A stretch of DNA of 64,000 bases, taken from NCBI GenBank assembly GCA_031360505.1, contig JANMBR010000107.1, positions 608 through 64,607 on the forward strand. The letters run 5' to 3'. This DNA comes from Acidobacteriota bacterium (GTDB taxonomy: Bacteria; Acidobacteriota; Thermoanaerobaculia; UBA5066; Gp7-AA6). Position 1 is the stretch's first letter; each line of letters begins with the position of its first letter. The notes under the pieces were generated by a model. The model was not told the DNA's origin. It saw only the letters and a list, made by a program, of their open reading frames with translations, and searched no databases. A program made the translations under genes and the position numbers. Below, in pieces: positions 40,650 through 54,537 of this stretch.

Positions 40650-41710
40650 TCCCCGTCCCGTCCGGACGGGGTGTCCTCGCGCCGGTCGAGCCGGTCGGAA
40701 ACGGCCCGGCCCAGAAGCTCGACGACGGGGATCACACGCGTGTACTCGCGGCGCGCGGGTCCGATCACACCCAGCATTCCCGTCAGTGTCTCTCCCGTGC
40801 CGTACGAGGTCAAGACGGCCGAGAGCCGCGGGTCGACGGCGTGGTCGTCCTCGGAGCCCAAAACCACGCTCGTTCCAGGCGAATCCAGGTAGCGCGACAC
40901 GAGATCCAGGACCCGCGCCTTCTCGTCGAAGGCCTGAAAAATCTTCTTCAGCGAGAAGACGTCCGAGAATTCCGGCTTCTCGAGGAGGCGGGCGGTTCCG
41001 TCAAAGAACAGGCTGTCCTCGGCGTCCTGCTTCTCGAACGCCCGGTTGGCCAGGGACGCCGCCCGGTCGATGATCCGGTCCGCCTCGGCCCTCTCCCGCG
41101 CCATGGCGGCAAGGAGTCGGCGGCGCACCTCGTGGAGGGTCAGACCCCCGTACTCCCGTGTCAGCCGGTCGGAGAGCGCATCGAGCTCCGTCGGCGTGTA
41201 TGCGACGTCGGTTTCGAGGACCCTGGAAATGACGACGTCCGGGTCGTTGACCTGCACCACGAGGATCTTTCCGGGCGCGACCGCCAGGAAGCGCAGGCTC
41301 TTCACGACCGTGTGCAGCGCGTCCGGCGCCACGACGAATCCGACCTCTCCCGAGAGCTGCGAAAGCAGGCGCGAGGCCGCCGTGAACAGATGGCTCACGT
41401 CCCCGCCGGCGAGGTCGAGGTCCGAATCCACCTGCTCCCGCACATCGTCGGCAACCTTGCGCTGGCGCATCAATTCGTCGATGTAGAGGCGGTATGCCCG
41501 ATCCGTGGGAACGCGGCCGGCGGAGGTGTGGGGCTGCGCAAGATACCCGCCGTCGGTCAGATCCGCCATGATGTTCCGGATCGAAGCCGGCGAAAGCGCG
41601 AATCGGTCGCACTTGAAAAGCGTCCGCGAGGAGACCGGGCGCCCGGTGTCCACGTGGACCCGGATGATCTCCTTCAGAATCGCGCGGCTGCGAACGTCGA
41701 GCCCGGGCAT
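40646..41710 (-). CDS. hrcA: heat-inducible transcription repressor HrcA
   Basis: 'MPGLDVRSRAILKEIIRVHVDTGRPVSSRTL' winged-helix N-terminus with a conserved HrcA C-domain. Start at the ATG for MPGLD; the ORF track extends to 41908. Confidence 0.9.
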   Translation of the reverse strand: MPGLDVRSRAILKEIIRVHVDTGRPVSSRTLFKCDRFALSPASIRNIMADLTDGGYLAQPHTSAGRVPTDRAYRLYIDELMRQRKVADDVREQVDSDLDLAGGDVSHLFTAASRLLSQLSGEVGFVVAPDALHTVVKSLRFLAVAPGKILVVQVNDPDVVISRVLETDVAYTPTELDALSDRLTREYGGLTLHEVRRRLLAAMARERAEADRIIDRAASLANRAFEKQDAEDSLFFDGTARLLEKPEFSDVFSLKKIFQAFDEKARVLDLVSRYLDSPGTSVVLGSEDDHAVDPRLSAVLTSYGTGETLTGMLGVIGPARREYTRVIPVVELLGRAVSDRLDRREDTPSGRDGE

Positions 41711-41736
41711 TAGCAGTCTCTCCTTGGGAGTGCCAA
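41710..41736. promoter_or_regulatory. CIRCE operator (TTAGCAGTC-N9-GAGTGCCAA) at the hrcA start
   Basis: Matches the consensus TTAGCACTC-N9-GAGTGCTAA with 2 substitutions. Its terminal base is the A of the hrcA ATG, and the spacer contains the SD (AAGGAGAG on the mRNA). Confidence 0.8.
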
Positions 41737-41795
41737 GGATAACAGAACTCAGACGGCAGACGTCAGGATGTCGACGGCGGCATACACTCCGACGC

Positions 41796-42656
41796 GTGGC
41801 CGGCGCAGACGTTCTCGCAAGCCGCGTCGCGCTGGTCGGGCCTGGGAGGGCCGGGCGCGCGTTCGCGCGATCGTGGGCGCAAGCCGGAGGGCGCATCGCC
41901 ATCGTCATCGGGCGCGCGTCCCGAGAGTCGTCCGGTGTGGCCGGGCTCCCGGTCGTCTCCGTCGAATCGAGCGCGTTCGCGCCGTGCGACGTCGTCGTGC
42001 TCGCCGTTCCGGACGACCGAGTCGCTTCCGTTGCGATGCAGCTGGCGCCGAGGCTCCCCTGCCACTTTGCACTTCACCTTTCCGGCGCGCTCGGAAGCGA
42101 CTCCCTCTCTCCGTTCGCCCGCTCCGGCGCCGAGGTCGCCTCCCTGCATCCGGTGCGGCCCTTCACGGGGGCCTCGGACGAAGACTGGCGGGGAGCGTTC
42201 GTCGCACTCGAAGGGGAACCCCGGGCCGTCCTGCTCGCCGAGGCGATCGTGGAGGCGGTCGGCGCGAAAGCGCACCGGCTTCTGCCCGGGAACCGATCGC
42301 TGTACCACGCGTCCGCCACGCTGGCGGCGGGAGGAGCGGCCGCGGTCGTATCGATCGCGGTCCGCGGTTGGGTGGCCGCCGGAATTCCCGAGGACGTGGC
42401 GCGCGAGACGCTCGCCGGCCTCGCTTCGCGCGCCACCGCGGCCGTGGGCGTGCGGAGTTTTACCGAAGCGTTCACCGGGGCCGTGGCGCGCCGCGACACG
42501 GGCACCGTCCGGTCGCACGTGGACGCGCTCCGCGACGAGCCGCGGAGCCTCGCGCTCTACTGCACGCTCGCCGACGAGATCCTGCTCCGAACCGCAGGCG
42601 CCGGACGCGAGGCCGAGATCCGCGCGATCCTTCACGGCCGGAAATCCGACGGGTAG
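41796..42656 (+). CDS. Rossmann-fold NAD(P)-binding protein (DUF2520 / F420-dependent NADP-oxidoreductase-like)
   Basis: 'VALVGPGRAGRAFA' dinucleotide-binding motif. The alternative overlapping frame (41768) is Arg-rich nonsense. GTG start assumed downstream of CIRCE. Confidence 0.55.
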   Translation: MAGADVLASRVALVGPGRAGRAFARSWAQAGGRIAIVIGRASRESSGVAGLPVVSVESSAFAPCDVVVLAVPDDRVASVAMQLAPRLPCHFALHLSGALGSDSLSPFARSGAEVASLHPVRPFTGASDEDWRGAFVALEGEPRAVLLAEAIVEAVGAKAHRLLPGNRSLYHASATLAAGGAAAVVSIAVRGWVAAGIPEDVARETLAGLASRATAAVGVRSFTEAFTGAVARRDTGTVRSHVDALRDEPRSLALYCTLADEILLRTAGAGREAEIRAILHGRKSDG

Positions 42657-42741
42657 CCCGCTCTCCGGCTCGTCGTAACCCTCTCAGGGTGTTACAATTT
42701 CCGCAAGCCGCGCGTCGCGCGCCGGCGAAAGCGGAAGCAGC

Positions 42742-44094
42742 ATGGTTTTCTTCAACTACGCCACGATGCAGATGGCGGCCAAGGTCGTGTACTACGGCCC
42801 CGGCCTGTGCGGAAAGACTACCAACCTGCACCACATCTACGGCCGGACGGCGCCTGGCTCGCGCGGCGAGATGGTGTCGCTCGAGACCGAGACCGACCGG
42901 ACCCTCTTCTTCGACCTGCTTCCCCTCGACGTGGGGGTGATCGGCGGGTTCAAGACGCGCGTCCAGCTCTACACGGTCCCGGGCCAGGTCTTCTACAACA
43001 CGACGCGCAAGCTGGTCTTGAAGGGCGTCGACGGCATGGTCTTCGTGGCCGACTCGCAGCGCGCGATGAAAGACGCCAATGTCGAGTCGCTCGCCAACCT
43101 GGGGACGAACCTCGCAGAGATCGGGATCAAGCTGGACGAAATCCCGCTCGTCTTTCAGTACAACAAGCGCGACCTTGCGAACATCCTTTCCGTCGAAGAG
43201 CTCGAAGAAAGCTTGAATCTCGAGCGCCATCACGAGAGCTACGAGGCGTGCGCCGTCCTCGGACAGGGAGTCTTCGAGACACTCAAGGCGATTTCGCGAC
43301 TCACGCTGCGCTCGCTCAAAAAGCGCATGCTCGGCGAGGAGAAGGCGCCTCCGAGCAGGTCCGCTGCCGCACCCGCCCCTCCCGCAAAGGTCGAGCCGCC
43401 GGCGCCGCCTCCTGCGCCGGCGCTTTCGCGGCCCGCCACCCACAAGGCGACCGCCGAGATCGAGGACACGCTCGACGTCGATCCCGGCACCTTTTCCGCC
43501 GAGCCTGCCCGCCCAATCCTGGCGCACGAGCTCAATCAGCCGCCCGGGACCTTCGACGGCGGCGACTCCTCGACGGTTCAGGAATTCGAACAGGCGCTCG
43601 ACTCCCTCGACGCGCCGCTGCCCGAGCAGCCGGCGCGCTCCGCCGCGCCCGCGACGCCGGAAGCGGAGATCGCCGACGTGTCCTTCGCGGAGGCCGAAGA
43701 GCCCGAGCCCGAGAAGGCCGTCGACCAGGAGGTCCGCCACGTCAAGGTCGGGTCCAACATCGACATCCTCGCGGAGCTCGAGCGACTCCGGAAGACGTCC
43801 ACGGCGACCACTTCCGCGGCCGACGGAAAGCCGCGCCGCGCCGCGGCGGGTATCTCGGTCGACGACCTGCTCGCCTCGAGCCTCAACCACCGCAAGGAAG
43901 TCAGCAAGGTCTTCGAGGTGCAGATGCCCAGGCGCGAGCTCGCGCAGGGCCACAAGGTGACCGTCGGCCTGCGGTTCGAGGACCGCCAGGGAAATGCGAT
44001 CGGCGAGGGGCAGAATTTCGCAATCGAGCTTCAGTCGAGGAGCGACATCGAAAAGCTGCTGCTTTCCCTCAAGTTCCACATCCTGGGCAAATAG
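42742..44094 (+). CDS. MglA/SofG-like Ras-superfamily small GTPase with a ~250-aa C-terminal extension
   Basis: The first ~195 aa parallel M. xanthus MglA: 'KVVYYGPGLCGKTTNL', 'TDRTLFFD', 'YTVPGQVFY', 'FVADSQ', 'YNKRDL'. A Pro/Ala-rich linker and a unique C-terminal domain follow. Confidence 0.8.
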   Translation: MVFFNYATMQMAAKVVYYGPGLCGKTTNLHHIYGRTAPGSRGEMVSLETETDRTLFFDLLPLDVGVIGGFKTRVQLYTVPGQVFYNTTRKLVLKGVDGMVFVADSQRAMKDANVESLANLGTNLAEIGIKLDEIPLVFQYNKRDLANILSVEELEESLNLERHHESYEACAVLGQGVFETLKAISRLTLRSLKKRMLGEEKAPPSRSAAAPAPPAKVEPPAPPPAPALSRPATHKATAEIEDTLDVDPGTFSAEPARPILAHELNQPPGTFDGGDSSTVQEFEQALDSLDAPLPEQPARSAAPATPEAEIADVSFAEAEEPEPEKAVDQEVRHVKVGSNIDILAELERLRKTSTATTSAADGKPRRAAAGISVDDLLASSLNHRKEVSKVFEVQMPRRELAQGHKVTVGLRFEDRQGNAIGEGQNFAIELQSRSDIEKLLLSLKFHILGK

Positions 44095-44208
44095 CTCGTC
44101 TGCCTCCTGCCTCCCGTCTCCTGCCAAAGTGACCCCCATTACTGTCCTCGTCTCAAGACACTGTCCCGAAAAGGCTTTGCAATTGCGGGCACCGGCGTTT
44201 ACCCTTTT

Positions 44209-45816
44209 TTGATGCGGGTACTGGATAGGGGTCTTGCTGTCTTCACGGCACTGTTGACAGGCGTCGGCTGCGCCACAGCGCCGCAGAAGGTCGTCAGCAC
44301 GTCGGCGCCGCCCGCGGCCGACGCGGCAACCACCCGCGCCACTGACGCCTTCGCGCTCGGGCGCGATGCGGCCCTGGCGGGCGACTTCGAGTGCGCGCGC
44401 CTGTATTTCGGAGAGGTGATCTCTGCGGTCCAGCCCGCCGGAGGGCCCGCCCTCTCGGGCTCGCGGCTCGAGCTTTCCTACGAGCTGTGGGACGGGATCC
44501 AGCGCTACGAGGCCCTGGCCGGAGCCACGGAAGAAGCCGGCACCTCGCACGGGCAAATCTCGCCCGAGCTTGCCGAGATCGAGACCCCCACCGCAACGCC
44601 CGAGGAAATCTCGACGGCGCGCGCGGAGGTCGCCTCGGCGATCCCGACGGTTTCCTCCGACGTCCCCATCGTCGTCAACGACTCCGTGCTGCGGGTGCTC
44701 GCGGCCTTCCAGAGCGCCAGCCTCCACGACAAGATCGCCGCGGGCCTCGAGCGCTCGGGCCGCTACGTCCCGATGATCCAGCAGATTTTCGCCGAGGAGG
44801 GGCTCCCGCAGGACCTCGCCTGGATCGCCTTCATCGAGTCGTCCTTCCTGCCGCACGCGCGTTCGCCTAAATCCGCGCACGGGATCTGGCAGTTCATGCC
44901 GCGCACCGGCCGGCAGTATGGTTTGAAGTCCAACGGCGTCGTCGACGAGCGCAGCGACCCCGAGAAGGCCACCCGGGCGGCCGCGAAGTACCTCTCGTAC
45001 CTGCACGAAATCTTCGGCGACTGGTACCTCGTCATGGCGGCGTACAACGCCGGCGAGGGCAAGATCCTGCGCGCGATGGGCAAGACCGGCGCGCGCGACT
45101 TCTGGCAGCTTGCCGGGACCCCGGCCATCCGCCGGCAGACGCAGAATTACGTTCCGGCGTTCCTCGCGTCGGTCCTGATCTCGAAGGATCCGACCCACTA
45201 CGGATTCGACGTCGTGCTCCAGCCGCCGATCGCCTACGAGACGGTGCGCCTCGATCGCCCCATCGACCTCGCAACACTGGCCGGCCCAGCGGACCTCTCA
45301 CTCGAAGAGCTCCAGGCCCTGAACCCCGAGCTGCGCTCGGTGGTGACACCGCGCCAGGACGAGGGGTACGAGCTCAAGATCCCACCGGGCGCTCGAGAAT
45401 CGGTCCTGCTCGCATTTGTTGCGGCGCCAACCGCGAAGCCCCCGTCCTTCGCGACGCACCTCGCGAAAAAGGGCGAAACTCTGCCCCGCATCGCGAAGCG
45501 CTACGGCGTTACCGTCACGGCGCTGGCGTCGGCCAACTCTCTCTCGACCCGGTCCAAGGTCTCCCGCGGACAGGAGCTCCTCATCCCACAGAAGGTCGCG
45601 TCCGCCTCGAAAACGAAGAAGACCGGCGCCGGGAAGGTCACGAAGGCGGCTGCGGCGCAACAAAAGAGCTACAAGGTGAAGAACGGCGACACGCTCTACA
45701 GGATCGCGCTTCACCACGGCGTAAGCGTGGCCGAGCTGCTCGCGATCAACAGCCTCGGCGGCGCGCCGTCGATCAAGGCTGGCGACCGCCTCGCGATTCC
45801 GGGCGCCGGCAAGTAG
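44209..45816 (+). CDS. MltD-like membrane-bound lytic murein transglycosylase lipoprotein with two C-terminal LysM domains
   Basis: Lipobox 'LTGVGC', an SLT domain ('AWIAFIESSF...', 'AYNAGEG') and LysM repeats ('HLAKKGETLPRIAKRYGVTVTALASAN', 'YKVKNGDTLYRIALHHGVSVAELLAIN'). Confidence 0.85.
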   Translation: MMRVLDRGLAVFTALLTGVGCATAPQKVVSTSAPPAADAATTRATDAFALGRDAALAGDFECARLYFGEVISAVQPAGGPALSGSRLELSYELWDGIQRYEALAGATEEAGTSHGQISPELAEIETPTATPEEISTARAEVASAIPTVSSDVPIVVNDSVLRVLAAFQSASLHDKIAAGLERSGRYVPMIQQIFAEEGLPQDLAWIAFIESSFLPHARSPKSAHGIWQFMPRTGRQYGLKSNGVVDERSDPEKATRAAAKYLSYLHEIFGDWYLVMAAYNAGEGKILRAMGKTGARDFWQLAGTPAIRRQTQNYVPAFLASVLISKDPTHYGFDVVLQPPIAYETVRLDRPIDLATLAGPADLSLEELQALNPELRSVVTPRQDEGYELKIPPGARESVLLAFVAAPTAKPPSFATHLAKKGETLPRIAKRYGVTVTALASANSLSTRSKVSRGQELLIPQKVASASKTKKTGAGKVTKAAAAQQKSYKVKNGDTLYRIALHHGVSVAELLAINSLGGAPSIKAGDRLAIPGAGK

Positions 45817-45891
45817 CCCGACTCCCCCCGACTCTGCTAGCATCCCTCCGTCCTCATCCGATCAGGCGCTCCTCGGCCCCGAGGAGGCCCG

Positions 45892-47448
45892 ATGCTCGCC
45901 CGAATCAACTCCGCCGCCACACTCGGTATCGACGCCCGCATCCTCGACGTCGAGGTCGATGCTTCAGGCGGCTTTCCCCGGTTCACGATCGTGGGTTTGC
46001 CCGACACGAGCGTTCGCGAGGCCCGCGAGCGCGTGCGTTCGGCCCTGAAGAACTGCGGGTTTTGGCTTCCGGCCGGGGCCGTCACCGTCAACCTCGCTCC
46101 GGCCGACTTTCGCAAATCGGGCGCCTCGCTCGATCTTCCGGTCGCGATCGGCCTTCTCTGTCTGCAGGGTGTGCGGTCGAGCTCTGCCGCGCGGCGGGTC
46201 TTCGTCGGAGAGCTCGGGCTCGGCGGCGAGGTCCGGTCTGTTCGCGGCGCGCTCTGCCTCGCCCTGGCTGCGCGCGAAGCCGGCTTCGACGAAATCGTCC
46301 TTCCGGCCGAGAACGCTGCCGAGGCCGCGGCGATCGACGGCATCCGCGTGATTCCTGTTTCGCATCTCTCCGCCGCCGTCGATCACGTCGCGGGCACCCG
46401 GCCCATCCCGGCGGCCCGGGCGCCAGAAGCGACGCTCTGCCGAACAGCGGGGCCGGACTTCTCCGAAATCCGGGGACAGGCCATCGCTCGCCGCGCGGCC
46501 GAAATCGCGGCCGCTGGCGGCCACCACCTCCTGTTGACGGGCCCGCCCGGCGCGGGCAAGACCATGCTGGCGCGCCGGCTGCCCGGGATCCTTCCGCTCT
46601 TGACCGCGCCCGAAGCCATCGAGGTCACGCGCATCCATTCAGTCGCCGGGGCGCTGCCGCCCGGTTCGGGCCTGATCACGGCGCCGCCCTTCCGCGCCCC
46701 CCACCACGGGATTTCGAGCGCCGGCCTCGTGGGAGGCGGATCCAGACCGGCGCCCGGCGAAGCGTCACTCGCCCATCGCGGGATCCTTTTCCTCGACGAG
46801 CTGCCGGTGTTTCGGCGTGACGTGCTCGAAGCCATCCGCCAGCCGCTCTAAGAGCGCCGCCTCTCGGTCGTCCGCGCCCAGGGCGCCGCCGTGTTCCCGT
46901 GCGACGTGTTGCTCGTCGCGGCGATGAATCCGTGTCCCTGCGGATTCCTCGGCGATCCGCGGCACCCGTGCGCCTGCGACCCCCGCGACCGCGTCCGATA
47001 CGCGCGCAAGCTCTCGGGCCCGCTGCTCGATCGCATCGATCTTCACGTGACGATGGCTGCCGTCCCCTGGAAAGAGCTGTCGGCCGCGGACAACGGCGAG
47101 AATTCCGCTGCCGTGCGTTCGCGGGTCGAAGCGGCACGGCTTCGCGCGGCGGAGCGGCGGCCGGCAGTCGCCGGCTTTCGCAACGCGGACCTCTCTGCAC
47201 AGGAACTTGGGCAATATTGTGTTCTCGATCACCAAGGCCTGCTCCTTCTCGAAAAAGCGGTCGCGCGCCTCGGCCTGTCCGTTCGCGCGGTGCACCGAGC
47301 GCTCCGTGTCGCCCGAACGATCGCGGATCTGGCCCAATCGCAACGGGTTACCCCTGCGCATCTCGCCGAGGCATTCTCGTTCCGAGCGCCGGCGCTCGTC
47401 TCGTCCTGCCCGAACGAGCAGGTTGACTCCCGCCTGAGGCCTACATAG
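45892..47448 (+). pseudogene. comM: YifB/ComM-family Mg-chelatase-like AAA+ ATPase interrupted by an in-frame TAA at 46849-46851
   Basis: The ORFs 45892..46851 and 46891..47448 share one frame: '...[39 protein letters not shown]...'. Homologs have Glu (GAA) at the stop position. Confidence 0.8.
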
Positions 47449-47558
47449 GATCGCTTCACTTCGGGGGCGTGAAGCCTTCGGTCTGTGACTCTTCCAAGCG
47501 GTCCCGCGGCGTAGACGGACTGGGTCTGCCCGCGAGGCGACGCGAGTGAGGCGAGACG

Positions 47559-48401
47559 GTGAAAAAGTACAACACGATCATCTTCGTCCCCCACGCCCGG
47601 GCGCGCTTCCGCAAGCTGACGATCTCCACCCGGTTCCTTGGCCTTTGCGCCGGCGCCGTCGCGCTGCTCCTGGTGGCCGCCCTCGCGTTCGGATGGGCGT
47701 TCTTCGCGTCTTCCGCGAGCGACCGCCAGTATCGGCTCGCGATGGCCGAGAACGACCGGCTGCGCGCGACCACGGCCACGATGCACCAGCGCCTCGACGG
47801 CATCACGAAACAGATGTCGGACTTCGAGGCCCGCACCCGGCGCCTGGCGATCGTGGCGGGCCTTTCGGACTCCGTGCGCTTGGGGCTGGGCGGCCCCCGC
47901 TCCACCGACAGCCAGCCGGACACGCTGGCCAGCGAAAGCGCACTGCTCTCGTCGCGGCTGACGCTGCTGGAAGGCCAGTTCACCCGGCGATCGGCGCTCA
48001 TCGCCTCGACGCCAACGGTGTGGCCGGTCCACGGTGCGGTGAACTCGGGTTTTGGCGCACGCTCGGATCCCTTCAACGGCCTGCCCGCATTCCACGAGGG
48101 CGTGGACATTTCGACCGCGCGGAGTGAACCGGTCCTCGCGACGGCCGACGGCATCGTGCTCCGCAGCGGATGGGCGGGCGAGTACGGCAAGGCGATCGCG
48201 ATCGCCCACGGCGACCGCTACGAGACGCTCTACGGCCATCTCGAAGAAACGCTCGTGACCGAGGGCCAGAGAGTCCACCGGGGCGACCGCGTGGGACTGG
48301 TGGGATCGACGGGCCGCTCGACCGCGCCGCATCTGCACTATGAGGTGCATGTGGACGGTCGGGCCGTCAATCCGCTCGAGTACATCCTCGAGAGCCGATA
48401 G
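47559..48401 (+). CDS. M23-family metallopeptidase (LytM/EnvC-like) with an N-terminal TM and coiled coil
   Basis: 'HEGVDI', 'YGHL' and 'GSTGRSTAPHLHYEV' LytM motifs. Confidence 0.85.
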   Translation: MKKYNTIIFVPHARARFRKLTISTRFLGLCAGAVALLLVAALAFGWAFFASSASDRQYRLAMAENDRLRATTATMHQRLDGITKQMSDFEARTRRLAIVAGLSDSVRLGLGGPRSTDSQPDTLASESALLSSRLTLLEGQFTRRSALIASTPTVWPVHGAVNSGFGARSDPFNGLPAFHEGVDISTARSEPVLATADGIVLRSGWAGEYGKAIAIAHGDRYETLYGHLEETLVTEGQRVHRGDRVGLVGSTGRSTAPHLHYEVHVDGRAVNPLEYILESR

Positions 48402-48500
48402 CATCGAGTCCGCGACCCGCACCCTCGACCGGCCCCCCGCGCTTCTCCCCCTCCCAAATCCGAAATAGACTGGGCCCCTCATGCTGTTAGCGGCTTAATC

Positions 48501-52843
<4,343 letters not shown>

Positions 52844-52850
52844 TCAAGGG

Positions 52851-52878
52851 ACGGCCGTGAGTCACGACCGTTTTTTCT
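52851..52878 (+). terminator. rho-independent terminator of guaB, embedded in the 3' end of convergent rarA
   Basis: 'ACGGCCGTGA-G-TCACGACCGT' is a 10-bp stem with 1 mismatch, followed by TTTTTTCTT. Confidence 0.65.
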
Positions 52879-54274
52879 TCCGCTTCTCGCTCTCATCCGC
52901 CGCTTCCCTGTCCCACTTTTCCTGTCGCAGCTTGAGCACGGCCTCCAGCCGCTGTGACAGCTCCGACTCTTCACCCGACGACCGCGGTCGGTAGTACCTC
53001 CGCCCTCTCAATCCGTCCGGCAGGCACTCGATCCCGCCGACGCCCTCGGGCTCGGAGGGCGCATAACGATAGCCCTTGCCATACCCGACGTCCTTCATCA
53101 GCGTCGTCACCGCGTTGCGAATGACCTGGGGCACGGGCTCGGCCGGCTTCTCGGCCACGTCCCGCTTCACCTCGCCCTCGGCCTCGTAGAGGGCGTTGGA
53201 CTTCGGCGCCATGGCGCAATAGACCGCCGCCTCGACGAGGGCGAGCGAGCCCTCGGGCATCCCGAGAAACTCGAAGGCCTCCTTGGCGTCGAGCGAGACC
53301 CGCAGGGCGCGCGGGTCGGCCAGGCCCACGTCTTCGGAGGCGAAGCGCACGATCCTCCGCGCCACGTACAGCGGGTCCTCCCCCGCTTCGAGCATGCGCA
53401 CGAGCCAGTAGATCGTGGCGTCCGGGTCGGACTCCCGCATGGACTTGTGCAGCGCCGAAATCAGGTTGTAGTGCTCTTCGCCGGCCTTGTCGTAGAGCAG
53501 GACCTTGCGCTGCAGGAGGTCCCGCAGCCGGCCCACCTCGATCCGGCGCTCACGGGCACCTTCGGCGTCCGACGCCGCCGCTTCGAGCAGGTTGAGCGCG
53601 CGGCGCGCGTCTCCGCCCGACGCCTGCGCGATGAAAGAGAGTGCATCATCATCCACGGCGAAATCGCGCGCGCCTAGCCCCCGCGACATGTCGCGCAGCG
53701 CCCGCTCGACGATCCGCGCGATGGCTTCCGCGGCAAGCGGCTCGAGCACGACGACCTTGCACCGTGAGAGCAGGGCGCCGTTCAACTCGAAGGACGGGTT
53801 TTCGGTCGTTGCGCCCACGAGAACGATGTCTCCCGACTCGACGTACGGCAGGAACACGTCCTGCTGAGAACGGTTGAACCGGTGGATCTCGTCGAGGAAG
53901 AGGATGGTCCGCTTGCCCTGGCGCGCGCGCAGCCGCCGCGCCTCCTCCAGGACCTCGCGCATCTCTTTGACCCCGGTCGCGACCGCCGAGTAGGAAAGGA
54001 ACAGTGACGATGTCTGCGTCGCGATCAGCCGAGCCAGGGTCGTCTTCCCGACGCCCGGCGGCCCCCACAGGATGAGGGATGGCACCCGGTCCTCGGCGAC
54101 GGCACGGCGCAGGAACCCGTTGGCCCCGACGACCGCCTCCGGGCCCTCGACCTCGTCGAGGGATCGCGGCCGCATCCGGTCGGCGAGGGGCGTCGCTGGA
54201 GGAAACTCTCCGTCGGAGAGCCCGCCCTCGCGTGCTTTCCCCGCCTCGTCGGCGCCGAAGAGGTCACCGCTCAT
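52862..54274 (-). CDS. rarA: replication-associated recombination protein A (RarA/MgsA AAA+ ATPase)
   Basis: 'LILWGPPGVGKTTLA', 'ILFLDEIHRFNRSQQD' and a C-terminal MgsA domain. Start at the ATG for MSGDLF. Confidence 0.9.
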   Translation of the reverse strand: MSGDLFGADEAGKAREGGLSDGEFPPATPLADRMRPRSLDEVEGPEAVVGANGFLRRAVAEDRVPSLILWGPPGVGKTTLARLIATQTSSLFLSYSAVATGVKEMREVLEEARRLRARQGKRTILFLDEIHRFNRSQQDVFLPYVESGDIVLVGATTENPSFELNGALLSRCKVVVLEPLAAEAIARIVERALRDMSRGLGARDFAVDDDALSFIAQASGGDARRALNLLEAAASDAEGARERRIEVGRLRDLLQRKVLLYDKAGEEHYNLISALHKSMRESDPDATIYWLVRMLEAGEDPLYVARRIVRFASEDVGLADPRALRVSLDAKEAFEFLGMPEGSLALVEAAVYCAMAPKSNALYEAEGEVKRDVAEKPAEPVPQVIRNAVTTLMKDVGYGKGYRYAPSEPEGVGGIECLPDGLRGRRYYRPRSSGEESELSQRLEAVLKLRQEKWDREAADESEKRKKKRS

Positions 54275-54537
54275 GGCGCCGCCTCGAGGCGGCGGCGGCA
54301 GTCCTCGGAACACACGGGCACCGTTTCCGCGCCCTTGCGGACGAGCACCGCGATCCCCCGGTCGATCCAGGTGCCGCAGACGGGATCCCGCACCATCTCC
54401 GCCTCGCGCGTGCCTCCCTGCCGCGCCGCCCCCGGCGGTCCCTGCGGGCGCAAGACCGCCGCAAAGAAAATGCGCAGTCCGCGCAGCACCGTCAGAAAGA
54501 GAAAGAGCGCGAAGACGAGAAGGACGAGACGAAGCAT
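54271..54537 (-). CDS. small membrane-anchored YHS-domain protein
   Basis: An N-terminal TM helix then 'DPVCGTWIDRG...PVCSEDCRRRLE', a YHS-like Cys motif. Start and stop are tightly coupled to the flanking TPR and rarA genes. Confidence 0.55.
   Translation of the reverse strand: MLRLVLLVFALFLFLTVLRGLRIFFAAVLRPQGPPGAARQGGTREAEMVRDPVCGTWIDRGIAVLVRKGAETVPVCSEDCRRRLEAAP

Noticed and set aside
42472-45198. 908-aa minus-strand ORF
   Set aside because: Antisense to the MglA-like GTPase and MltD-like genes; a GC-skew artefact.
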